Shown here: positions 9,198 through 18,649 of the stretch, piece by piece
Numbering within the stretch: the stretch's first letter is position 1
Layout of the letters: each line of letters starts with the position of its first letter
Assembly: GCF_023169545.1 (NCBI RefSeq)
Contig: NZ_AP019769.1
Coordinates: 360,001-392,000, forward strand
Direction: 5' to 3'
Length of the DNA stretch: 32,000 nucleotides
Origin: Nanobdella aerobiophila
GTDB taxonomy: Archaea; Nanobdellota; Nanobdellia; Nanobdellales; Nanobdellaceae
Position numbers and translations under genes: made by a program
The notes under the pieces: model-generated
Seen by the model: the letters and a program-made list of their open reading frames with translations, nothing else
Told to the model about the DNA's origin: nothing
The model's database searches: none

Positions 9198-9849
9198 AGA
9201 TACTAGAATTATTAGAATATAGATTAATTATAATATTGGTTATATCTTGAACATTATAAACTTTAATATTCCCGGTTTCTAATCCATATTTTATTATATT
9301 TATCAAATTTTTGTTCTTATATTTTAAATCATATAATATTTGCTGCTCTATGTTATTTGACATATATATTGTTAATGTATCATTTATATTATTTAAATAA
9401 TCTGGAGGTATATTTATAATTCCAACATTAGTAAATGTATACGCAGCACAGGAGTGGTTCAAACATAATATAAACGAATATTTTGGGTATAATATATCTA
9501 CTTTATTTTCATATAATTCATAATTGTATCTTACAATACTATCATTCTCTATATAATAATCTATTTGTTTTATAAAAGATATAGATTGATTTCCATCAGA
9601 AAAATCTATATATCTATTATTATTCAATATGCCATTTATAGATATTAAAAATAAATCATATCCAGATATATTTAACTGATAATAATCTATAACTTCTGTA
9701 TTATTTTGAGTAATATTTGCTATAAATGGAAAGTTAAATGTATATACAGGATAAAAAAATAATCTATAGAATATTGAAGACGATATAACAAGTGCAGAAA
9801 ATACTATCAAAAAAATAATAATCTTGTTTTTAATATATGACCTCCTCAA
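9175..9849 (-). CDS. Hypothetical membrane-anchored extracytoplasmic protein
   Basis: Single N-terminal hydrophobic helix (IIIFLIVFSALVISSSIFY) then polar, Asn-rich domain with sequons. Confidence 0.5.
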   Translation of the reverse strand: MRRSYIKNKIIIFLIVFSALVISSSIFYRLFFYPVYTFNFPFIANITQNNTEVIDYYQLNISGYDLFLISINGILNNNRYIDFSDGNQSISFIKQIDYYIENDSIVRYNYELYENKVDILYPKYSFILCLNHSCAAYTFTNVGIINIPPDYLNNINDTLTIYMSNNIEQQILYDLKYKNKNLINIIKYGLETGNIKVYNVQDITNIIINLYSNNSSISTSQMGS

Positions 9850-10435
9850 TGTTTCTAGTATAATTATATATTTCTTCTAGCTTAAATATAACAAATATCT
9901 CTCTCATTGCATCTTTCTCATTTTCTGAAGCATGAACTACATTTCTCAATACAATCTTATTCCAGTTTGCATACGCTATAGACATATGAGCATAGTCTCC
10001 CCTTATAGTACCTGGTGGGGCTTTTAGCGGTTCTGTAGAGCCAACCAGTTTCCTTACTTCTTCTATAGAATTTACACCCTCTAATACTATAGCAACTATT
10101 GGAGCAGAAGTAATAAAATCTATAAGCCATTGCCTTATTATTTTTCCTATTTCTTTTGGATCATCAGTATTAAATTCTTTCTTTGGATCTAAGCCCATCT
10201 CTCTATATCTTGTTAAAGTCTTTGAACCAACAGTAGCTAACCAATTCTCATCAGAGTAATAAAATTCCTCCGCTGTTTTTTTATCTAGTTTTACCATCTT
10301 TAAAGCAACAATTTTTAGCCCTACCTTCTCAAATCTTGATATTATTTCTCCAATTAAACCCCTTTTTACACTATCTGGCTTTATTAAAACTAGAGTTTTT
10401 TGAACCAGATCTTTTCCACTCATTTTATTTTCCAT
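9830..10435 (-). CDS. ndk: Nucleoside diphosphate kinase (long, insertion-bearing form)
   Basis: [36 protein letters not shown]; [18 protein letters not shown]...[16 protein letters not shown] with catalytic His context. Confidence 0.93.
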   Translation of the reverse strand: MENKMSGKDLVQKTLVLIKPDSVKRGLIGEIISRFEKVGLKIVALKMVKLDKKTAEEFYYSDENWLATVGSKTLTRYREMGLDPKKEFNTDDPKEIGKIIRQWLIDFITSAPIVAIVLEGVNSIEEVRKLVGSTEPLKAPPGTIRGDYAHMSIAYANWNKIVLRNVVHASENEKDAMREIFVIFKLEEIYNYTRNIEEVIY

Positions 10436-10601
10436 ATTTATTTGTCCATTTTAGTTCTTTGCTTGGTCTATTTAATTTCCAGTTTTTATAGCATTTATTT
10501 GAACAAAAGTAATATACCCTACCATCATTTTGTGAATATAACAAACCAGTACCAGGCTCTATTTGGTTACCACAAAATGAACAATTATTTTTAACTACCA
10601 T
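10425..10601 (-). CDS. rpl24e: Ribosomal protein eL24 (L24e); not in supplied ORF track
   Basis: Hand translation of minus strand: [58 protein letters not shown]; C-x2-C...C-x3-C zinc motif and L24e signature. Confidence 0.93.
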   Translation of the reverse strand: MVVKNNCSFCGNQIEPGTGLLYSQNDGRVYYFCSNKCYKNWKLNRPSKELKWTNKYGK

Positions 10602-10602
10602 C

Positions 10603-10896
10603 TTATTCTTTCTTTTCTATCGGCATAGCCGATATTTCAGTATCCCTTAACAATATTATATCGCCCTTCCTAATTGGACCAGTGATATTTTTTCTAATTA
10701 TCTTACCAGCATCAGGACCTTCAGCTACTCTTATTATAGCATGTATAGCTTCGCCTCTCATACCAGTTCTACCTATCAAATCTATTATCTCTCCTTTGTA
10801 TGCTTTACTCCAATTTACAGTATTTTCTTTTATAATATTATCTTCCAGATGCTTTACACCTTCTTCAGATACCTTGTTTTCTACTTTCCGTGGCAT
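10603..10896 (-). CDS. rps28e: Ribosomal protein eS28 (S28e)
   Basis: [56 protein letters not shown]-like S28e sequence; gene order S28e-L24e-NDK is a typical archaeal arrangement. Confidence 0.93.
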   Translation of the reverse strand: MPRKVENKVSEEGVKHLEDNIIKENTVNWSKAYKGEIIDLIGRTGMRGEAIHAIIRVAEGPDAGKIIRKNITGPIRKGDIILLRDTEISAMPIEKKE

Positions 10897-10950
10897 ATCA
10901 ACTTAATGTTATAAAAGGATTTTTAAATTTTTTATTAAAATTAATAAAAG

Positions 10951-13900
10951 ATGCTATTAAACAAAAATAAAAATATCCTGATAGAGATAGTAATAATAAT
11001 ATTTATATTTCTATTTGCCCTAGGATCGAAAGGTTTACTGTTAGAGGCCTTACCCAACTATAGTCTAGTAGGACCAGATGCATATTATTTTTTCTATTAT
11101 TTTGAATACCTAATCGCACATCATACTATAAATAATTTAACTTTCCATTTATATTATCCATTGTACCAACCACTGGATAATAAAGATATGGTTTCTTATT
11201 TAAGTTATGTCTCATATATTTTATTCTCTAATCCTATAAGTTCTGGAATTATTGGATATTTACTAAACTTTTTAAATATACATCCTGCAGCCAATATAAC
11301 TATATGGTTGTCAGCGGACTTTACAAACGCATATGTACCAGCAATAGCTGCAATAATATTTTACTTCTTATCGAAAAGCATATTCAAAGATAGATACTTG
11401 GCATTATTATCAGCAATAGTATTTTCAATAAATCCATTTCTAACTACAAGACTCGTATTATACGATACTGAGCTTGGAGCTATAATATTTTTAGTAGCTT
11501 CTTTCTATCTAATTATAAAATATATTAAAGGAAAATCTGGAGAGAACATCTACAAGAAAATTGGACTACTATCATACTCTATAGTAGCATTAATAATATT
11601 TTATTATACCTCAATTATGCCAAATTATGATGTACTAATAACTATAGAATTATTTGCATTCTTAGCTGGATTACTATTATTATATCCTCTATTCAAAGGG
11701 ACAAGAGAGTACTACTTAACATTACTGATATTTACAACAGCTTTGACAAGAAAAGGATGGGGAGGATGGATTATAATCCCTATGACATTCGGATTATATG
11801 GCATCCTAGCATATGTACTTAATAAAGATACTAGCGATATGTATTTTTTCTTACCTTATATGGGTTTTACAGGGGTACTAGATTCTGAACTAAATATTCA
11901 TTTATTTTTAGCAGATCATAATATACTATTTGAGCTCGGATTAATATTACCATATCTTTATGCAATATTAAGAAAAGTAGATATATTTAATAGATCAATA
12001 TTTAATAAGCTAGATAAATACTCTGAGAACTTGAGTAGATTCTCTTTAATATTAATCTTATTCATAATTGCATCACCAATAATAGCATCTAAAGTTATCG
12101 GAGAATTCTTAATAAATCCATTTACAGCCTCAAGAATGGGATCTACAATAGCAGAATTTCAGTCTACACCAGCATCATATTATTTCCAATTATTCTCTCC
12201 AGTAGGTGTATTATTTGCCTACCTGGGTCTAGGTTATCTGATATTTGATAAAACAAAACCAGCAATATATACTTATATAGAATTTATATTTCTATTCTTA
12301 TTAGTTGGATTAGAGATAGTTTTAGGATCATCAGTTGGCATCTTATTATTTATGTTAATTATATTTATTGTATCTATATTCAATATAAATAAAAATAAAA
12401 AAGAACTAAGATATAAATTGCAATCAATATTCGAAATTTCTACATTATCTATTGCAATGTATATGATTGTATTTACAGATATAGTATTAAATGGACAATA
12501 TATAAGTATATTCTTCTCATGGATGATATTTTTCGTATTTATAGTACCTTACATATTACTATATAGAAAAGATATGGAAGATTATGAATTATTTATACTA
12601 TCACTAAGCTTTTTAACAATAATAGTTGGAAAATATATATATGAGCTAGTTTATTATGCAGGATTAGCAGTACCTTTCTTGTTTATATATGGCATTAAAG
12701 TTATAGATATATTTAAACCATATTATGAAAAATTAAAAACTAATGTAAAAGAATACTTAAATTTAATATTATTATTAATAGTAGCTATATCAGGTATATC
12801 CATTAGTATATTTACAAAGATACCAGTTATAGGAATTCTACCTGCTGCATTCTTTATATTATACTTATTATATGAATTTATATTAGATAAAAAAATAGAA
12901 GATATAAATACATTAAAATATGCTATAATATTATTATCATTCTATGGTATATCAATAGGATTAAGTAATAATATTTATGGGGCTCTTGGCTATATACAAA
13001 ATTATTTTATACCATTATCAACACAAGGTACGCCAGGATACGAAATATCTGCATTTACATGGATAGCCCAAAATACCCCTATAGATTCTATAATAAATTC
13101 CTGGTGGGACTATGGTTATTACATATTTACAGTTGCAAATAGAACTGCATGGATAGATGGATCTAATTCATACCCATATTGGAATCATTTGATGGGCAGA
13201 TATGGATTATCATCTGATAATATTACAAAAACTCTTCAGTTATTTTATGTACATGCAGATTATAATTATCAGACATTTAAGACATTAGAATTATTCAATG
13301 AGAATCAAGTATTTTATGACGATATATATACTAATCTAGGATTTACAGAGCAACAAGTAAGAGAGATAGAACAGCTAAAAAATATGATTGGATACAAAAA
13401 TTGGATAAAATTACTATACGAGTATAATGGAACTAATGAATCTGTATTAAACTTCAATCTATCAACAACAGACCTATATTTATTAAATAAATTATATAAT
13501 ATGAATTATCTAAGACCAGCATATTTGTATATAGACCCAACAGATATAGGTAAATCATTCGCATTTCAATTTTTAGGATCAAATGAAACATATGATAAAG
13601 AGTCGTGGATATCACAATTTGAATCTGGAACAAATACAAATCCCGGACCACAAATACCATCTATATATTACAATGGATACTATGTATTCGCACAAAATAA
13701 TAGTTTATACTTCTTTGGAGAGATGCCATTAGATCAAAATTTAGATATAAATGGGACAATAATTCAGAGTTGTATATATGAACAAAATCTAGGTATAGTA
13801 AATCAGAATTCTTGTGGAGTCGTAAATGCGGTTCAAATAGTATTTAATAATTCTTTAGTAGAACAATCAGGACTGTATCAAAGCTTAAATGTATCTAAAA

Positions 13901-14418
13901 TAACACCAAATGATATACAGAGCGCATATGTATATATACTAGATCCTATAAATAATCAAAACTACAGATTATCATTACAATATGTAGATCTAGATGGTCA
14001 GTTACTAAACTTTTCAAATGCACAATACGGAGGAATGCTATATATATCACCAACCCTATCCTTACTAGAACAAAATAACCAAGTAGGATCATTCCTATAC
14101 GCATATATGATATCACAAAAGGCATTTAAATATGATTGGGTACAATTATATTTCCTAAATAATTCTTATAATGGTCTATTTAATCTAGATTTTTATAGCA
14201 ACCAGTATTTACAATTACAGAATGGAATAACAATAAGCTTACCACCAATAGTATACTCTGATGTAGCACCTTCAAAAGTTTGGCAAATAAATTTCCCACA
14301 GAACTTTACAGTACCAGACAGTTTATATTGCATATATCTTGCACAAAACTTACAACAGATAAATGAATGCGCTCAGATATATAATTTAACACCATACACA
14401 AATTATTACAATGTATAA
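10951..14418 (+). CDS. aglB: Oligosaccharyltransferase STT3/AglB-like
   Basis: N-terminal multi-TM region with GPDAYYF...; catalytic-domain motif NSWWDYGYY (WWDYG); about 13 TM helices and large C-terminal globular domain. Confidence 0.93.
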   Translation: MLLNKNKNILIEIVIIIFIFLFALGSKGLLLEALPNYSLVGPDAYYFFYYFEYLIAHHTINNLTFHLYYPLYQPLDNKDMVSYLSYVSYILFSNPISSGIIGYLLNFLNIHPAANITIWLSADFTNAYVPAIAAIIFYFLSKSIFKDRYLALLSAIVFSINPFLTTRLVLYDTELGAIIFLVASFYLIIKYIKGKSGENIYKKIGLLSYSIVALIIFYYTSIMPNYDVLITIELFAFLAGLLLLYPLFKGTREYYLTLLIFTTALTRKGWGGWIIIPMTFGLYGILAYVLNKDTSDMYFFLPYMGFTGVLDSELNIHLFLADHNILFELGLILPYLYAILRKVDIFNRSIFNKLDKYSENLSRFSLILILFIIASPIIASKVIGEFLINPFTASRMGSTIAEFQSTPASYYFQLFSPVGVLFAYLGLGYLIFDKTKPAIYTYIEFIFLFLLVGLEIVLGSSVGILLFMLIIFIVSIFNINKNKKELRYKLQSIFEISTLSIAMYMIVFTDIVLNGQYISIFFSWMIFFVFIVPYILLYRKDMEDYELFILSLSFLTIIVGKYIYELVYYAGLAVPFLFIYGIKVIDIFKPYYEKLKTNVKEYLNLILLLIVAISGISISIFTKIPVIGILPAAFFILYLLYEFILDKKIEDINTLKYAIILLSFYGISIGLSNNIYGALGYIQNYFIPLSTQGTPGYEISAFTWIAQNTPIDSIINSWWDYGYYIFTVANRTAWIDGSNSYPYWNHLMGRYGLSSDNITKTLQLFYVHADYNYQTFKTLELFNENQVFYDDIYTNLGFTEQQVREIEQLKNMIGYKNWIKLLYEYNGTNESVLNFNLSTTDLYLLNKLYNMNYLRPAYLYIDPTDIGKSFAFQFLGSNETYDKESWISQFESGTNTNPGPQIPSIYYNGYYVFAQNNSLYFFGEMPLDQNLDINGTIIQSCIYEQNLGIVNQNSCGVVNAVQIVFNNSLVEQSGLYQSLNVSKITPNDIQSAYVYILDPINNQNYRLSLQYVDLDGQLLNFSNAQYGGMLYISPTLSLLEQNNQVGSFLYAYMISQKAFKYDWVQLYFLNNSYNGLFNLDFYSNQYLQLQNGITISLPPIVYSDVAPSKVWQINFPQNFTVPDSLYCIYLAQNLQQINECAQIYNLTPYTNYYNV

Positions 14419-15424
14419 TTTTCTTAATCTATTATTAGCTATAGTTCCAGGAATTATAACATTCTTAGTATCATATTTTTTAATAAGAAAATGGATAAAT
14501 ATTGCTAAAAAAACAAATTATCTGGGAAAGGATATGAATAAGTACGAAAAACCATTAGTAGCAGAAATTGGAGGATTATATAGCATTATAGGTATTATAT
14601 TTGGAATTTTAATATACATAGGATTAAAAGTATATATATTTAATACAAATTATGATCTAGTAGATGTATTTGCAATACTAACAATATTGTCTTTAGTAAC
14701 TATAATAGGACTATTTGATGATATATTAGGATGGAAGAAAGGATTGAAACCCTGGGAAAAACCATTATTAACATTTATACTAGCTTTACCATTGATTATA
14801 ATATCTGCCGGCAATCCATATATGCAAGTTCCATTTATAGGCATTATAAATCTTGGATTATTATATCCATTATTTATAGTACCTATAATTATTATGGGAA
14901 CATCTAATGGTTTTAATATGCTTGCCGGTTACAATGGTTTAGAAGCATCATTAGGTGGAATAATATTGTTTATATTAGGAGTTAAATTATATATGATAGG
15001 TCAGTATTATCTATCAGAGATTGCCTTAATATCTTTATTTGGTATCCTCGCATTCTTAATATTCAATTGGTATCCATCAAAAGTATTTCCAGGAAATTCA
15101 TTTACATATGGTATTGGTGCCCTATTTGGAACCTTGGTAATATTAGGTAATCTAGAACAATTAGGATTTATATTATTTATACCATATTTCATTGAATTAA
15201 TATTATTCATAAGAGGATTATTAAACCATGTATATAAAGAAAATTTTGGAATACCAAATGAAAAAAATGAGCTAAATGAACCATATAAAAAGGTATACAG
15301 TTTAACTCATCTTGCTATAAAATTAGATAAAAAAATATTTAAAAGAGCAACAGAAAAATCTGTAGTATTCACTATAATATTTATAGAAATATTATTTTCT
15401 ATATTAGGAATATTATATGGATAA
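14411..15424 (+). CDS. Polyprenyl-P N-acetylglucosamine-1-phosphate transferase-like (MraY/WecA/GPT family)
   Basis: DMNKYEKPLVAEIGG, GLFDDILGWKKG, FNMLAGYNGLEASLGG motifs with multi-TM topology. Confidence 0.9.
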   Translation: MYNFLNLLLAIVPGIITFLVSYFLIRKWINIAKKTNYLGKDMNKYEKPLVAEIGGLYSIIGIIFGILIYIGLKVYIFNTNYDLVDVFAILTILSLVTIIGLFDDILGWKKGLKPWEKPLLTFILALPLIIISAGNPYMQVPFIGIINLGLLYPLFIVPIIIMGTSNGFNMLAGYNGLEASLGGIILFILGVKLYMIGQYYLSEIALISLFGILAFLIFNWYPSKVFPGNSFTYGIGALFGTLVILGNLEQLGFILFIPYFIELILFIRGLLNHVYKENFGIPNEKNELNEPYKKVYSLTHLAIKLDKKIFKRATEKSVVFTIIFIEILFSILGILYG

Positions 15425-17186
15425 AATAGTATATATTTATGAAAAAAAAGATAAAGACAAATTCTTAGATAATTTTCATCTTTTATATAGTTTATCTAAA
15501 AAAAATAGGCTAGAATTAATATGTATAATACATAAAAGTTTTAGGAATATTGCTATTAAATTAAAAGAGAATCACAATGTTAGATTTTACCTAATAAACA
15601 ATAAAAAGGATATAAATAAAATAAAAATTTATGGTAAAAAAATAATTATATATAATGAGATAAACTTTAATATAAAAAATATAAATGATATACTAAAAAA
15701 TATAGAAAAAAATAAAATATTAATAGTTAAAAACAAGTTTATTAATAAAAAAATAATAAATAAGTATATAATAGGTAAAGAAGAAGAAAAATTAAATTAT
15801 AATTTTTTAATAGAATATTATAGATATAATAAAAAATATTTTCTAGATAATTATAACTTTAAATTTAATATAATAAAATTAATTAATATCAATATATTTA
15901 TTTATATAAAAAAAATACTAAAACTAATAGAAAAGATACTGAGTAGAAAATTTATTAGCGATTATATACACGAAAAAACAGGACTACTATCATATAAATT
16001 TTTATCATTAGTTACAACAATAGTTTTAGTTAGATTATTGACAGTAAGTTATTATGGAGAGTATATAACAATATATAATTTCTTATTAATAGTTTCTGGA
16101 TTCATAGGTTCTTCAAATATTATACTAACCAAAAGTTTGGTAGAAAGTAATAACAAAAGCTACATTGAGATTGATATAATAGTAAAAATATTATTTACTA
16201 TGATAGCTGGAATGATTATAATAATTTTACTTCCTTATATATCAAAATATGTATTTTATAGCTATAATTTATATTCTATATTCTTAATATTTTTAGCAGC
16301 AATATTTTTATCATTAGAGGGTCTAGGAATAAGTATACTATATTCTTATTTAAACTTCAAAGACTCAAAATATATAACAATTATAGAAGGTCTATCTAAA
16401 TTTATATTAATTATATCCTTAACCATAATATATAAAAATTATGGATTTATAATTGGATTACCAATTGCTTTCTTTCTAACTGACCTATATATATTATACT
16501 ATTTTAGAAGGACTAAAGTCAAAATAAATATAGATATTTACGAAATTATAAAAAATAGTGGTAATAAAATAAAAGGATATTTAAAAAATATATTATATAT
16601 AAGTCTACCTCCATTATTATTTAATTTATATACAAGCTTTGATATACAAATATTAAGAATATTTACATCATTTCAAGATGTAGGATATTTTTATAATGCA
16701 ATATTAATTGTATCAACATTGTCTAATATATTATCTATATCAAGTATATCTCTACCAAGAATATTAAGATGGAAAAAAGAAGAAATATCTAGAAATATTC
16801 CCAAATTGATAATAGCTCAATTAATAATAAACATAATTATATATTTTACATTATTTCTAACTGGAAAATATATTATAATATTACTATATGGAAAAGGATA
16901 TTTATTATCCGCAGAATTGATAAAGTATCTTGGAATAATTTTTATAATTCAAAGTTTTAATATATTTAGTTTAATATTATATAAAGCCGGACTAGAAAAA
17001 TATTATGGTATATATACTGTATCTGTATCTTTACTTTCTATAGTTTATGACTTATTATTAATACCAAGATTTAGATTAGATGGTGCAATAGCTGCTGCAA
17101 TATTATCAAATTTAACAAACATATTAATAGCTTTCTATATATATAAAACTAAATATGATAACATCACTCCCAGACCTGTTTATTGA
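15417..17186 (+). CDS. Oligosaccharide flippase (Wzx/RfbX/MATE-like) with about 170-aa extra N-terminal cytosolic domain
   Basis: From about residue 185: LLSYKFLSLVTTIVLVRLLTVSYYGEYITIYNFLLIVSGFIGSSNIILTKSLVE... typical polysaccharide-export flippase; about 12 TM helices. Confidence 0.82.
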   Translation: MDKIVYIYEKKDKDKFLDNFHLLYSLSKKNRLELICIIHKSFRNIAIKLKENHNVRFYLINNKKDINKIKIYGKKIIIYNEINFNIKNINDILKNIEKNKILIVKNKFINKKIINKYIIGKEEEKLNYNFLIEYYRYNKKYFLDNYNFKFNIIKLININIFIYIKKILKLIEKILSRKFISDYIHEKTGLLSYKFLSLVTTIVLVRLLTVSYYGEYITIYNFLLIVSGFIGSSNIILTKSLVESNNKSYIEIDIIVKILFTMIAGMIIIILLPYISKYVFYSYNLYSIFLIFLAAIFLSLEGLGISILYSYLNFKDSKYITIIEGLSKFILIISLTIIYKNYGFIIGLPIAFFLTDLYILYYFRRTKVKINIDIYEIIKNSGNKIKGYLKNILYISLPPLLFNLYTSFDIQILRIFTSFQDVGYFYNAILIVSTLSNILSISSISLPRILRWKKEEISRNIPKLIIAQLIINIIIYFTLFLTGKYIIILLYGKGYLLSAELIKYLGIIFIIQSFNIFSLILYKAGLEKYYGIYTVSVSLLSIVYDLLLIPRFRLDGAIAAAILSNLTNILIAFYIYKTKYDNITPRPVY

Positions 17187-18015
17187 TATATTAATAAAGA
17201 ACATAAAGATTAATAAAAATACGGGCAATATAAACAAGGATATAATTATAAAATTGGGTGGAAATGCTGGAAATTTTTCGTTAGCACTAGCTAAACTTAA
17301 CATTGAGAATAATCTAATTGCTGGCTGTAATAAATTATTAGAATATTATTTCAAAAATTATATAGATGATCATAAATTAAAGATAAACTTTTTACCTGTA
17401 TACAAAGATATATCTATTACAATAAGTTTCGAAAATGATGATGATAGAACCATGATTACAGATCCCAAAGGTATACAGATAGACGATCAAGATATAAAAG
17501 AATATTATAATTTAATTTCTAAATCCGATTACATATTTTTTGGAAATTGGAATAATAATAAAAAATCTAATAAATTATTAAAATATGTACTAGATACTAA
17601 TAATAAAATATATTTAGATATGGGAGACCCTTCCGTAAATAAAGAAAATCTAGAAGAATTTATAGAAATAATTAAAGAAAAAAAGATATGGGTTTTAGGT
17701 TTAAATGATTATGAATTAAAATATTTGGGGAAATATATTGGTATAAAAGGCAGTATACAATATATATCTAACAGAATATATAATGAATTTAATTTAGAAC
17801 ATTTGGATGTACATTCTCCAGATTTTGTATATACATTACCTTCAGATAAATATATAGAAATTAAAAAAATAAAACCAAAGATAATCACTGGAGTAGGAGA
17901 TTACTGGAATGCTGGAAATTTCTATGGATATATAAACAATTTTGATGATTCTGAAAGGCTCAATTTTGCCAATAATTTTGCTAAAATGTATATTTCTAAA
18001 AAAATAGAAATATGA
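17155..18015 (+). CDS. PfkB-family carbohydrate kinase-like protein
   Basis: KLGGNAGNFSLALAKLNI, and C-terminal ITGVGDYWNAGNFYGY equivalent to the DTxGAGDxFxAG motif. Confidence 0.78.
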   Translation: MITSLPDLFIDILIKNIKINKNTGNINKDIIIKLGGNAGNFSLALAKLNIENNLIAGCNKLLEYYFKNYIDDHKLKINFLPVYKDISITISFENDDDRTMITDPKGIQIDDQDIKEYYNLISKSDYIFFGNWNNNKKSNKLLKYVLDTNNKIYLDMGDPSVNKENLEEFIEIIKEKKIWVLGLNDYELKYLGKYIGIKGSIQYISNRIYNEFNLEHLDVHSPDFVYTLPSDKYIEIKKIKPKIITGVGDYWNAGNFYGYINNFDDSERLNFANNFAKMYISKKIEI

Positions 18016-18016
18016 A

Positions 18017-18087
18017 CGCCCCCGCCGGGATTTGAACCCGGGTCGCGGGATCGACAGTCCCGTATGCTGCCACTACACCACGGGGGC
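18017..18087 (-). tRNA. tRNA-Asp(GTC)
   Basis: Reverse complement GCCCCCGTGGTGTAGTGGCAGCATACGGGACTGTCGATCCCGCGACCCGGGTTCAAATCCCGGCGGGGGCG; cloverleaf intact, anticodon loop CTGTCGA; no encoded CCA. Confidence 0.96.
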
Positions 18088-18115
18088 AGATTTCTATTTA
18101 TATTCTCATTAATTT

Positions 18116-18649
18116 TTATAAACTATTAAATATAAATCTCTTTATATTTATATAATTGTAGATAGTATAATTTCTTTTATATAATTTTAGCAAATCAAAT
18201 ATTTTATTATTACCAATATTATAATATTTTATTATATATTGTAAGAATTGGGTTAGATTAGATGGTCTTTCCTTTATTGTTGCTCTTTCCCAATCTATAA
18301 GATATATATTATCATCTTTTAATATTATATGGTAGTAAGGTCTTGTAAATTCTCTCTTTTCTATACCTAGCCGATCTAACAAAAATAATATATCTAATAA
18401 TTTTTCTAGATAGTCTATTTTTTTACTTCTATCTATATATTTAAAATATATACCATCAATATATTCCATCTCTATCTCTAAATTATTATTGTCATAACTC
18501 AATATTTTAGGAACAAAAGAATAGTTTCTTAAAAAGTTTAAGAAAAATTTTTCCTTATTGTAATTTAATAACAAATCTTTATTAAATTTTTTAATTATTG
18601 TATTTCTATCAGTTAAAAAGATATGTGAATGTTTTCCTCTAAAAATCAT
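18116..18649 (-). CDS. Predicted small Ser/Thr protein kinase (COG2112-like)
   Basis: LDRLGIEKREFTRPYYHIILKDDNIYLIDWERATIKERPSNLTQF resembles the HGELxRPxKHVI...IDFExA pattern. Confidence 0.65.
   Translation of the reverse strand: MIFRGKHSHIFLTDRNTIIKKFNKDLLLNYNKEKFFLNFLRNYSFVPKILSYDNNNLEIEMEYIDGIYFKYIDRSKKIDYLEKLLDILFLLDRLGIEKREFTRPYYHIILKDDNIYLIDWERATIKERPSNLTQFLQYIIKYYNIGNNKIFDLLKLYKRNYTIYNYINIKRFIFNSL

Noticed and set aside
10400-10594. Track ORF 10400..10594 (+), 64 aa
   Set aside because: Antisense to the zinc-ribbon eL24 gene, which the track omitted because it is short.
13454-15210. Track ORFs 13454..13660, 14650..14844, 15007..15210 (-)
   Set aside because: Antisense shadows of aglB and the GPT-like gene.
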